A DNA stretch of 64,000 nt from an uncultured cyanobacterium (GTDB lineage: Bacteria; Cyanobacteriota; Cyanobacteriia; PCC-9006; JAAUQQ01). The stretch covers positions 5,856,001 through 5,920,000 of the forward strand of contig OY970368.1 of the NCBI GenBank assembly GCA_963718615.1, written 5' to 3'. This document shows, in pieces, positions 36,547 through 46,125 of this stretch (the first letter of the stretch is position 1; every line of letters begins with the position of its first letter). A program made the position numbers and the translations under genes. Under the pieces are notes generated by a model. It was not told where the DNA came from, ran no database searches, and worked only from the letters and a program-made list of their open reading frames with translations.

Positions 36547-39027
36547 TCAACTTACATCATGTTTTGACAAAACTTTCCGAATTAACCCCAAGTAGCTCTC
36601 TATCATCTGCTTCTCTCGAAAGACGGTCTCTGCTCTTTGCTTACAAGCCGCTCCAAGCTGCGGCAGCAGCTCTGGCCGATTGGCCCAACTTGCTAGGGTG
36701 TCTGCTAATGCTCTAACTGTCGCTTCAGAATCAACCGCCGGGTCCGGTAGTAAGACTCCAGTATTTCCTAACTCTTCAGGGATTCCGCTGACGGCAGAGG
36801 CAATCACAGGCACTCCTTTAGCCATGGCTTCCATAATTGCAAGGGGCATGCCTTCAAATTGAGAAGGTAAAATAAAGATATCTGCCGCATCTAGTAAATC
36901 GGGTATATCGTTACGCTCACCGAGAAATTGGATGCGATTTTGGAATCCTAAATCCCTGACTAGTTTTGTGAGACGGGCATCATCGTTGCCAGTACCTGCC
37001 CACAAAAAGTGCAGATAATTAAAGACTGCATGCTCCTGTAACTGCTGAAGTGCTTTTAGTTGATATTGATAGCCTTTACAAGGATCTAATCGAGCAGTTG
37101 TAAGACAGGCTATTGCATCGTGAGGCACATTCAAGCTTTCACGAATTCTCTTACGATTTTGCTTGTCTTTTTGTTCAAAATAAATATTAGGCCTACCGTT
37201 ATAGATAACTTGTCCAAAATTCTGATTTAGAGCGAATTTTTGATGCAACAAATCAAGATTTTCCTGAGAAACTGTAACAATAGCTTCTGCATGCTTATGA
37301 ATTTTAGAGATTCGTTCGATATAAGGACTTAATAGATCAGCCCAAGTCCTTGTTACACAGTGAATGACTACAATAAAAGGGATTTTTAAATCTCGTGCAA
37401 CTTCCATCGCCGTTAAATTGGATGAAGGTTCCCCATTAGAAAAAACTATTAGTTCTGGCCTGATCTTTTGAAAAATTTTGAAGGACTCAGACCAATCGCA
37501 AAGCTCACGATCCGTAGTGATTGTGAGATATTGACCGGGCTTGAGCCAATGGTGATAGATCCCTAGTTGCTCTCGTTCCAGAAAAAGAGAATCATCTAAC
37601 TGAGGCTGCACACAAGAAATCTGAAAATTCTCTTCGGACAATGCTAAAAGTAGACGATGATTCCACTGCCCAACACCATAGATCCCCGTCCGATTACTAT
37701 AGAGTAAAATGTTTCTGGCCGTAGAAGATTTTTCTCCTTTCAATGATTCACTAGAACAGCTAGGTTTAATAACACCTAGGTTTACAAGCTGCTGACTATT
37801 TTTAAAACAAATAGAGATTTCCTGGTCATAAAGGCTGAGATTATGACATTCACGAAGTTTTTTAGCGTATTGTTTATATTGAAATGCTCCTTCATGATGT
37901 TCCTGTCTAAGAACTTCGCGTTCAACATAATCAATAAAGTTTCTAATATATTTAAAATGCAATACTGCTCCAGTTTCAGTTGAAATTTGATCTTCAAATG
38001 TCCCGATAAAATGTTGACCACCACTCAATAACATAGAAGAATGGTACTTGATGAGCGGAATTTTATTGAGATAATAATCACCCTCCTCTCCAAATACTCT
38101 TGCTCGCATTCCTCCTGTATAGCGTATTTGACCTGTATAGGGAGGCTGGGTTTCAGTAATTTTTCTATGGAAAGGCACTTTATCAAAATAGGGACAAACA
38201 TCTAAAAAGTCCTGACCTGCTTGATAGGTTGTTTCCTGGATTGGGCGATCGCTATACATATCCAACAAAATAGCAGGAAAAGCTCGCTTGTATTGACGAT
38301 CTAAATCTGCACAAAGATCTTTGATGCTACGTGTTTCACAATCGGGATAGATAAGTACTTCATCGGCATCAATCGTAAGACACCAGTGGTCAATTCCATA
38401 TTTCTGAAGTAAAAGTTCAAACCAAGCAGAACCGAAGTTGACCTGGTTAAATGAATAATTGCTGTTCCAAACCATTACATCAGCTTGGGTTTGTAAATAA
38501 GAGCCGGTCTCATCACTTGAGTTGTTGTTGACAATCAGAAACCGATCTACACCCTTTTGACGATAGTATTGAAGCAGATAAGGTAGCCGAAGACTTTCAT
38601 TTCGCACTACAATACAGCACAAAATATCATCCTGTTTAATCTCTAGGGCTTCCCCACTCATTCGTCGTAAGTCGTAGTGCTCAAATGCAGCCTCAAATCC
38701 CTTGACCTTAATCAGCAGATGACTCAGTTGCTTATGAAATTGCTCAACATTAGAATAATAAGATAATGCCTGACTATAATGTTGAATTGCCTCTTCCAGG
38801 CATCCTTGCTTTATGAGTAAAGGTCCACAGCGTGCGTATGCTTCCAGGCAGTTAGGTTGGAGTTGAATAACCTGACGATAGCCCGTGATCGCTTGTTCAA
38901 TGCGCCCAGTCAAACTCCAGGCATGAGACAACTTCAATCGAGCCTGAGCCTGCTCGGTGAGCTCTTGTTCTCCAAACGTCTTCCCACAAAGCTTTTGGAT
39001 ATCGTCAAATGAATCTAGCATGGCCAT
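36547..39027 (-). CDS. TPR + GT2-like + GT4 multidomain glycosyltransferase
   Basis: N-terminal TPRs; VRNE..RLPY....YR..GV, WCLTIDADE (GT-A); C-terminal GT-B with PSQFEGMPLAIMEAMAKG. Confidence 0.88.
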   Translation of the reverse strand: MAMLDSFDDIQKLCGKTFGEQELTEQAQARLKLSHAWSLTGRIEQAITGYRQVIQLQPNCLEAYARCGPLLIKQGCLEEAIQHYSQALSYYSNVEQFHKQLSHLLIKVKGFEAAFEHYDLRRMSGEALEIKQDDILCCIVVRNESLRLPYLLQYYRQKGVDRFLIVNNNSSDETGSYLQTQADVMVWNSNYSFNQVNFGSAWFELLLQKYGIDHWCLTIDADEVLIYPDCETRSIKDLCADLDRQYKRAFPAILLDMYSDRPIQETTYQAGQDFLDVCPYFDKVPFHRKITETQPPYTGQIRYTGGMRARVFGEEGDYYLNKIPLIKYHSSMLLSGGQHFIGTFEDQISTETGAVLHFKYIRNFIDYVEREVLRQEHHEGAFQYKQYAKKLRECHNLSLYDQEISICFKNSQQLVNLGVIKPSCSSESLKGEKSSTARNILLYSNRTGIYGVGQWNHRLLLALSEENFQISCVQPQLDDSLFLEREQLGIYHHWLKPGQYLTITTDRELCDWSESFKIFQKIRPELIVFSNGEPSSNLTAMEVARDLKIPFIVVIHCVTRTWADLLSPYIERISKIHKHAEAIVTVSQENLDLLHQKFALNQNFGQVIYNGRPNIYFEQKDKQNRKRIRESLNVPHDAIACLTTARLDPCKGYQYQLKALQQLQEHAVFNYLHFLWAGTGNDDARLTKLVRDLGFQNRIQFLGERNDIPDLLDAADIFILPSQFEGMPLAIMEAMAKGVPVIASAVSGIPEELGNTGVLLPDPAVDSEATVRALADTLASWANRPELLPQLGAACKQRAETVFREKQMIESYLGLIRKVLSKHDVS

Positions 39028-39030
39028 AAC

Positions 39031-39750
39031 TTACTGCTCCGGTAAGGTATTGCTTGAGGACATTCTATCTCCTGCACGACGGCGATCGAGCGAAGCCTTA
39101 ATTGCATGCAGGTATTGATTGCGATCCTCCCGATTGGTTAGGCCTACATTCGTTTTATGTAATCGCCGCTTTGCTAGGACATCAGGTAATGTCAAGCTTT
39201 TTAAGCTTGCATCCTGAGCACGAATTAACCACTCTACAAATTCCCCCGCTGTCAAACACTCGTTAAAATTTCCAACGGTTTGAAAGACCGAGTGACGAGC
39301 CATCATGGTTGTAGCATTATGGCCTACTACTGGAGATGGCGGACAATAGAGGCGAGTCTTTGCTTCCGGTTCTAAGTCTGGACTTACAAAACACTGAAGA
39401 TGGGTGAAAATCAGATCCGTAGAGGGCTGATCAAGAATGGCTTGCACTTGCCGTTCTATTTTAGTCGGCATCCACAGGTCATCTGCATCTAAAAAGGCTA
39501 TCCAGTTGCCACTGGCCCTTGCAAGTCCAAGATTGCGAGATGCAGGTGCACCTTGGTGAGAATTTTGAATTGGAGTAACTTGGGGGAATTGGCTGGCGAT
39601 CGCCAAACTCCTATCCGTAGAACCATCGTCTACCACAAGAATCTCATGCACAGGAAAACTTTGAGCCAAGACGCTTTCAATCGTCTGTCCTAGATAGCGT
39701 TCTCCGTTATAAACAGGAATAATGGCACTAATGGAGAGTTTGTTGTTCAT
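39031..39750 (-). CDS. GT2 glycosyltransferase
   Basis: ISAIIPVYNG, VDDGSTD, RN.G, FLDADDLW. Confidence 0.9.
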   Translation of the reverse strand: MNNKLSISAIIPVYNGERYLGQTIESVLAQSFPVHEILVVDDGSTDRSLAIASQFPQVTPIQNSHQGAPASRNLGLARASGNWIAFLDADDLWMPTKIERQVQAILDQPSTDLIFTHLQCFVSPDLEPEAKTRLYCPPSPVVGHNATTMMARHSVFQTVGNFNECLTAGEFVEWLIRAQDASLKSLTLPDVLAKRRLHKTNVGLTNREDRNQYLHAIKASLDRRRAGDRMSSSNTLPEQ

Positions 39751-39777
39751 TTTTCTCGAGCAACCAAGGAAACATAA

Positions 39778-40557
39778 TCAATTTATCAATTCACTACCAT
39801 GTCCAACATATGCCGAAACACTTGGAAAGTTAGGAGGTGGGGGAACCTGAAGCGTAGCATCCTGTCGTATTCGATTGAGACGACGCTTATAAATTTGAAC
39901 AGTGCCTAACTCGATTTGATTTTTGTTGCGAGTCATATTCGCTTCATGTCGTTGATAATGCAGGACTACATCCTCTATCTCAAGCTTCCATACTCTCTTT
40001 TCCCAAGCCCTCAAAAACCAGTCAATATCTTCTCCATACAGCAACGTCGAATCAAATAAACCAACCCGCTCGAACACGGATTTGCGATAGAGTGAGCTAC
40101 CTATGTTAACAAATCTATAAGTTTCTGAAGAAAACGCTCTATTTTCTGCTTCTTGATTGAGAGATTCGGTTGATCTGGCCTTCCAAACTTTCTGAAGTAT
40201 CAGTCCTTGAATAATATCAAACGATGGGTTTTGCTGTAAGCAAAGTGCCATCTTTGTGAGAATTTTATCTCCCCACAGATCATCAACATCAAGAAAAGCA
40301 ATCAAGTCTCCACTGGCAACTTGAATGCCATGATTTCTAGCAGCCGCAGGTCCTTGATTTTCCTGATATAAATATTTAATTTCATCTTGAAGGCTGAGTG
40401 CAATGTTCTCAGTGGAGTCAGTCGAACCATCATTCACAACGATAATCTCCAAAGGAGAATACCTCTGAGCTTGAATATTCTGAATGGTACCTCGCAGAAA
40501 TTTCTCGCCGTTATAAACTGGAAGCACAACGCTAATTAGGGGTAGAGGCACAGTCAT
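39778..40557 (-). CDS. GT2 glycosyltransferase
   Basis: ISVVLPVYNG, VNDGSTD, FLDVDDLW, GEDIDW. Confidence 0.9.
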   Translation of the reverse strand: MTVPLPLISVVLPVYNGEKFLRGTIQNIQAQRYSPLEIIVVNDGSTDSTENIALSLQDEIKYLYQENQGPAAARNHGIQVASGDLIAFLDVDDLWGDKILTKMALCLQQNPSFDIIQGLILQKVWKARSTESLNQEAENRAFSSETYRFVNIGSSLYRKSVFERVGLFDSTLLYGEDIDWFLRAWEKRVWKLEIEDVVLHYQRHEANMTRNKNQIELGTVQIYKRRLNRIRQDATLQVPPPPNFPSVSAYVGHGSELIN

Positions 40558-40559
40558 TT

Positions 40560-41657
40560 TTATTGCCTCTCTAGAAGGAATCTTTTGATCAACTGGTGTA
40601 TTGCTTGGCTGTCTGTTCCAACATTCAGATAGAAACAGGGCAACTGAGACAATGTTTGTGTAATTAAGTCACAGGCGGCTTTACCGGCCCCCCCTAACTG
40701 CATAATGGTACTGGGTATCAATGCCACAAGACTCTCCTCTAGCGTGGCCTGAGTCATGGTAGTATTCAGTTTTCCGGTCACTCGCGGAATGAAAATAGCG
40801 TGAATTGGAGCAGATTTTAGAAGTTTTTCTGGCATCCACTCATGAATAAAATAAACGGCCTTCTCTTTATCTAGTTGTTCTGGATTGCTAATGTAGGGCT
40901 TCAGAAAGGGTAAGCGATCGAGATCGTTTGCGTTCTTTTTGCCCGTATTATAAATACTAAATACAGTTGGCTTAGGTTCTGCTGTGATCAAACAATAGTC
41001 ATCGCTGACATACCTCAAGTCCGAATTCAAACTGGATAATGCCGTCGTTGACTTTCCCGATCCCCCTTTTCCAACTAACAGTATACAGCCCTCAGGATAT
41101 CCAATTGATGCTGCATGCACTAGCTGAATCTTTTGCGCACTTAACCATACATTCAAAATACTTTGAAAAGGTGCCCCCCTTTCCCAATAGGGAATTAAAG
41201 TATGATCTTCAACCCAATACAGCGCAAGATTCTGTTGTTTATCTACAATTACAAGCGCGTTTGATTCCCATTGCCGAGCCGTGTAAATACGTTCATTGAC
41301 AAAACCACGGACCTCACCTCGCTTCTGATATTGGTACTCTTCCCAGACTGGTGCAGGTCGGGAGATGCCAGTTTCTTGGCTGCTGATGAGGCAAATGGTG
41401 AGGTCAGGAGTTTCAGCCGGTGAGACCTCTAGATGGGCGATCGCCCGCGTTAACAAATTAATCAGCGCTTCCCCGGTAAAGCGTAAACAAACAATAAAAT
41501 TAGCAATTTGAAAGTACCGAACTGTTAAGTTTTGACTTTCTAGTTCTGCCTTCTGATAGGTTTGATAAACCTGCTCAAAATATTCGATTGAGCGCGATTG
41601 CTGCAACTCTGCGCTGCTTTCCAATAGTGAGCTAGTCATTGAGTCTTGAGGGATCAA
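40560..41657 (-). CDS. HPr-kinase-like (PEPCK/HprK fold) serine kinase
   Basis: VHAAS, Walker A GKGGSGKSTT, YVSDD. TTG start overlaps the pqqD stop; alternative ATG at 41639. Confidence 0.85.
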   Translation of the reverse strand: MIPQDSMTSSLLESSAELQQSRSIEYFEQVYQTYQKAELESQNLTVRYFQIANFIVCLRFTGEALINLLTRAIAHLEVSPAETPDLTICLISSQETGISRPAPVWEEYQYQKRGEVRGFVNERIYTARQWESNALVIVDKQQNLALYWVEDHTLIPYWERGAPFQSILNVWLSAQKIQLVHAASIGYPEGCILLVGKGGSGKSTTALSSLNSDLRYVSDDYCLITAEPKPTVFSIYNTGKKNANDLDRLPFLKPYISNPEQLDKEKAVYFIHEWMPEKLLKSAPIHAIFIPRVTGKLNTTMTQATLEESLVALIPSTIMQLGGAGKAACDLITQTLSQLPCFYLNVGTDSQAIHQLIKRFLLERQ

Positions 41658-42100
41658 GCAGCTACATCCTTGGATACATTAGGCCAGCCTGACTCATCTA
41701 CATCATGAATAGGATCGACCAGCAACAACTCTTGCATATCGTTATACTTATTGAGTTCAGCTGGAATGAAGGCTAATCGATTATTACTCAAGTCTTGACT
41801 CAAATCTAGGCTCTGATCTGGAGCGGCTATCCCATCACTCTTTGAAACTAACCCTTCGTTTTCTAAAGACAGAACTAAAGCAGTGAGCGATGCCTGAATT
41901 TCCTCGGGTGAAGATATATATTTTTTCTCAAGTCTATCGCTGATCTCAGCCAACGAGCAGCCATGAATTAGCATTTCCCAAATCTCCGCGCCAGTCTCGA
42001 CAAGACTATAATAGTCTCCCGTCATCATGTTGATAATGACGACTTCTCCTGAGATAGTTTCTTGCAAAACTTGGGGAGCAACTTTAAATCTAGATTCCAT
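41654..42100 (-). CDS. PqqD-family RiPP recognition element with C-terminal peptide tail (DMQELLLVDPIHDVDESGWP)
   Basis: E.I.GEVVIIN..TG.YYSL..TGAEIWE.L..G......I...L...Y.......L..EGLV RRE fold, then a low-complexity linker and a compact tail. Confidence 0.85.
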   Translation of the reverse strand: MESRFKVAPQVLQETISGEVVIINMMTGDYYSLVETGAEIWEMLIHGCSLAEISDRLEKKYISSPEEIQASLTALVLSLENEGLVSKSDGIAAPDQSLDLSQDLSNNRLAFIPAELNKYNDMQELLLVDPIHDVDESGWPNVSKDVAA

Positions 42101-42498
42101 GTATTATATAAACTCCAAAAACACAAACCCAAAAAACGACTTGTCTCACTTCAATCCATAACTCTTAATGAATAGTAATGGGAAATGAGCAGTAATGGGA
42201 GCTTAAAATAGCCTAGAGAATGCAGAACAATTATTTTAGGCGATAATACAGGCTAACCGTAATAAAAGCAACAATATCGCCTGTTTTATTAAATAATGTA
42301 AAATTGGCCTGAGATTAATTTCACATTATTGCTCGTCATGATGTACAAGAAAGAATAAGATTTTGCGGCACAAGGCGTGATAGCACTCCTTCTGTCAGGG
42401 CAAGACTATGTCTCATTGCGACACCAAGTGTGCCGTCTTTTAAGGTTCTCTAAGATACAGTGTGTTTTGCGGTTGATTTCCTTACACAAAAAAGTTGT

Positions 42499-43779
42499 AT
42501 GATCGATCTTTTTGCGATCTGTCTTTTCGTTCTATTTTTGATTATCTGTATTCCGATTATACGAATTTTCTGGAAATTTATTATACTATTACGCTCTTTT
42601 AACCGCTCTCCCATAGATTTGAGTAGTTATCCCAAAGCTGCAATTGTCCTTAGCATTCGTGGCGTTGATCCATCTTTGCAATCATGTCTTGAAACGTTGT
42701 TCAATCAAGATTACCCCGATTATTATGTGTCTATTGTTGTAGATAGTGAAGAAGGTGAGGCTTGGCAAGATGTTAATTCGATTGTCCGTCAAGCTGCTCA
42801 AAGGAATATCCAAGTGTCTCCCCTACGCGATCGCTCTAACGCTTGCAGTCTTAAATGTAGTGCTCTAGTCCAAGCAATTTCAGAGCTGGATTCCTCCTAT
42901 GAAATTATTGCCATTATCGATGCAGATGTGGTCACTCACTCTTCTTGGCTGAGAGAACTTGCGACACCGTTAATTGACAATAGTCAGATCGGTATCACCT
43001 CAGGCATCCGGTGGTATGTACCGACTCTTAAAGCAATGGGTTCACTCAAAATGGGCTCGGTAGTTCGTTACCTATGGAATGTTTCTGCCGCGATCAGTAT
43101 GTTTTATTACAACTGTCCTTGGGGCGGATCTATGGCAATGCGGCGATCGCTCTTGCATGAAGGAGGACTTTTAGAGCTTTGGAAAAGAGTTCTATCCGAT
43201 GACAATACGGCTGCCACAACGGCTCAAGGTCTTGGACAGACTATCCAGTTTGTTCCTAGTGTCATTATGCTCAACCGTGAATCTTGTGATTTGTTGGGAT
43301 GTTGGCGCTTTATAAAACGGCAATTTCTATGGTCATGCCTCTATCATCCCCAATGGAATGAAATCATTGTGCGGGTATGGTTGAGAATTATTCTGCTTGG
43401 CATAGCGGCGATTCTTCTGCCCATTGCTCTGTTTACGCAGCAGTGGTCCACGGTATTGTGGACCCTAGGGGGAGTGCTTCTCTATAGCCTGACAATTATT
43501 GCTGCATTGGTCATCTCAGAAGTCGAAATTCGTAAGATTGTACAGTTTCGAGGGGAGAGGATTGAAAACTTTTCGATTGCCCAGATGATTCCCCTTGTTT
43601 TTCCCCTTGTCCTCGCCCATATCGTCTCTTTGGCTGGAGCGGTTGCAGCAACGACTATGCACCAAGTTGAGTGGCGAGGAATTAGGTACGACATCCAGAA
43701 TCCATTCCAGGTAAGCCTTCTCAACTACAAGCCCTATGGCACTGTATCTGTTGAGCGCAGTAATCGATCCATTCTGTAG
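42499..43779 (+). CDS. Membrane GT2 glycosyltransferase (ceramide glucosyltransferase/HpnI-like)
   Basis: N-terminal TM, LSIRGVDP.L..CL..L..QDYP, CSLKCSAL, DAD, WGGSMA, SDD, RQ..W, C-terminal TMs, WRGI.Y. Confidence 0.85.
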   Translation: MIDLFAICLFVLFLIICIPIIRIFWKFIILLRSFNRSPIDLSSYPKAAIVLSIRGVDPSLQSCLETLFNQDYPDYYVSIVVDSEEGEAWQDVNSIVRQAAQRNIQVSPLRDRSNACSLKCSALVQAISELDSSYEIIAIIDADVVTHSSWLRELATPLIDNSQIGITSGIRWYVPTLKAMGSLKMGSVVRYLWNVSAAISMFYYNCPWGGSMAMRRSLLHEGGLLELWKRVLSDDNTAATTAQGLGQTIQFVPSVIMLNRESCDLLGCWRFIKRQFLWSCLYHPQWNEIIVRVWLRIILLGIAAILLPIALFTQQWSTVLWTLGGVLLYSLTIIAALVISEVEIRKIVQFRGERIENFSIAQMIPLVFPLVLAHIVSLAGAVAATTMHQVEWRGIRYDIQNPFQVSLLNYKPYGTVSVERSNRSIL

Positions 43780-43812
43780 TGAAATCCCTGAAAATACTTA
43801 TCTAGTTTTGGT

Positions 43813-44814
43813 TTATATCTCTTCCCTGTCACTATGATTAGGTAAATTATTCTGATTACTGTAGCGAAGAGAAACTCTCAATTTGAAGATTTCTATGGGA
43901 GTTAGCCAACGCTGTGTCTTTTTCATTTGTTTATAGTGTACGCATGACGTGCAGGGAATATCTTCTCTTTCCTCTTTTTTCCCCAACAACATATCTCTGG
44001 CGTAGGAGATTTTGGAACCCGTAAGAACTTCCTCTAAATCATCTTTAAACGCATTGCCAAAATCTCCCCAAAAATTTACACAACATCCCAATACACGGCC
44101 ATCCCAGTTGATTTGAGGAATATTCCAGAGCTGACTACAGGCTTCCTGATGCAAGATATCTTCTGAGAGCGTCTCTACGGCTATCGACTCCTCACATTCA
44201 CCCGAAGACAAATCTTCATCCCAGGAAGGTTTTAGAAAGAATCGCATCCCCAGCGACTTCGCTAAATCATGTGCTTTTTGAATCTCATGTTGATTATGCT
44301 TAAAACTAACAAACTGCCAGCCCAGATCAGGAAATAGAGTACGATACTTTTTCTTGTAAAAGTTTAATCTTTCGATGTTTGCTATAACTCTATTGAAGTC
44401 TCCTTCCCTTCGATACAAACTATAAGTTTCTGGGGTTGCACCGTCGATTGAACAAGTGATTGCGTAAAACTTATATTTACACAGTCCTTCCAAGACTTCT
44501 TCTTTTACCGTATTAAAGTTTACGCCATTCCTGGCTGTCAATCTAATGCTGTGCTCATGTGCGTATTTCATAATGTCAAGAATCTGCGGATTTAAGAATA
44601 TCTCTCCCCAGTTTGACAGTTCTATGGACAGGATTTGAGGATTTTTATCCAATAAAGTTTTAAAATCATCGAATTTGAGAAATCCTCCTCCAAGATGCTT
44701 CTTGATTTCGCCCATGGCTGTCGGACAAGAAGGACATTTTAATTGGCAGTTTGACGATGCTTCTAATCGAATATTTTGAAATTGATTATGGGATTGCATA
44801 GATTTTGTTGTCAC
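43813..44814 (-). CDS. Radical SAM protein with SPASM/Twitch domain
   Basis: CQLKCPSC (CxxxCxxC), NWGEIFLN, SIDG; C..LW....INWDG.V.GCC...GN...C..C. Confidence 0.9.
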   Translation of the reverse strand: MTTKSMQSHNQFQNIRLEASSNCQLKCPSCPTAMGEIKKHLGGGFLKFDDFKTLLDKNPQILSIELSNWGEIFLNPQILDIMKYAHEHSIRLTARNGVNFNTVKEEVLEGLCKYKFYAITCSIDGATPETYSLYRREGDFNRVIANIERLNFYKKKYRTLFPDLGWQFVSFKHNQHEIQKAHDLAKSLGMRFFLKPSWDEDLSSGECEESIAVETLSEDILHQEACSQLWNIPQINWDGRVLGCCVNFWGDFGNAFKDDLEEVLTGSKISYARDMLLGKKEEREDIPCTSCVHYKQMKKTQRWLTPIEIFKLRVSLRYSNQNNLPNHSDREEI

Positions 44815-45030
44815 ACTTGTGTTTATATAGATTCTCGCGGCTAGGCTTTGAGTGCTAGATGCTGGAAAATTGAAAACAGTAAACCCACGACTCCTTAGGA
44901 ATGGGTCATCAAGTATCTCAAAGAGACCAAGCTAAAGAATACATCAATCGCTCAGTGATCCTTGTATTCTACCAGACTAGTTGATAGGGTACCAAAGCAC
45001 TCGCCTCTACAGAGGCTAACTCTCTCGTCG

Positions 45031-45948
45031 TTATTTATCTCGTTGGAACCTTGCACTTAGGGAATAAATCAGCAATCCTGTCCAAATCAAGCCAAACGTA
45101 AGTCCATGGGCTGATGTAAACGGTTCATGATACAACAAAACTCCTAGCGCTAGCTGTAGACTGGGCGCGAGATATTGAAAGAGGCCCAGGGTTGAAAGTC
45201 GCAGCCGCTTTGCCGCATTGTTAAACCAGAGCAACGGCAGGGACGTGACTAACCCAGACCCCACAAACAAAAGCGTGAATCCTGGTGTTTGGGTAAAATG
45301 CCCCGTCCCTGTGGCTTGCCAATGGAGCGCAAAGGCAAGCGCTACTGGCATGAGCAGCATTGTTTCCACTGCTAGCCCCACCATTGGAGCCACGGGAACG
45401 AGCTTGCGGAGCAGCCCATAGAAAGCAAATGAAATCGCCAAAATCAGCGCAATCCAAGGGACTTGTCCCAGTTGCCAAATAAACAAGCCAACGCCTAAGG
45501 TTGCTAAACCAACCGCAATTTGTTGCCAGCGGGTGAAGCGTTCTTGCATGAAGAGAAAGCCTAAAACCACTGTCACCAAGGGATTGATAAAATAGCCCAG
45601 ACTGGTTTCGACGACGCGATCGCTATTCACCCCGTAAATATAAATTCCCCAATTGCAGGCCAACAGCGACGCACTCAAAAACAGCATGAAAACGAGGCGG
45701 GGCGATCGCCACACCCCCAGCAGTTCCCGCCAACGCCCCAGCCCCATTAGCAAAAGCAAGAGCAATCCCGTAGACCAAATCATTCGATGACTCAAGACTT
45801 CCGCCGCCGGAATGCCCTTGCCAAACAACTTCCAGTACATTGGGAACAAACCCCAAGCTCCGTAGGCCAGGATGGCGTAGAGGGGGCCGAAGCGATCGCC
45901 CGGTAAAGGTTGAGCGGCCTGGGAGAGCAGCGGAGAAGAAGAAGCCAA
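45031..45948 (-). CDS. rarD: EamA family transporter RarD
   Basis: AY..WG..P.YWK, HR.IWS, NW..YI, SLGYFINPL, YGLLRK, G..QYLAPS. Confidence 0.9.
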   Translation of the reverse strand: MASSSPLLSQAAQPLPGDRFGPLYAILAYGAWGLFPMYWKLFGKGIPAAEVLSHRMIWSTGLLLLLLMGLGRWRELLGVWRSPRLVFMLFLSASLLACNWGIYIYGVNSDRVVETSLGYFINPLVTVVLGFLFMQERFTRWQQIAVGLATLGVGLFIWQLGQVPWIALILAISFAFYGLLRKLVPVAPMVGLAVETMLLMPVALAFALHWQATGTGHFTQTPGFTLLFVGSGLVTSLPLLWFNNAAKRLRLSTLGLFQYLAPSLQLALGVLLYHEPFTSAHGLTFGLIWTGLLIYSLSARFQRDK

Positions 45949-46125
45949 AGGACGGACCCCATGGAATATCAGTGATCATGAGCCTTCACCCTAGCGATCG
46001 ACTCTGCCCTTCGCCAAGGCACAGCTCAGCCCGATTTTCGCCAACACAGATGCCAATGGCCCTAAATCCACCGTAATCGCGCTAAAAATGGACTACTGAC
46101 CTTTTATCGAACTCTAGCTATCCCC

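Noticed and set aside
42101-42460. Separate small precursor peptide upstream of the RRE gene
   Set aside because: Only very short ORFs (e.g. MTSNNVKLISGQFYII on the minus strand) without leader motifs were seen.
31393-44814. Canonical lasso peptide or PQQ gene cluster
   Set aside because: No asparagine-synthetase-like cyclase, no transglutaminase-like B protein and no pqqA/B/C in the window.
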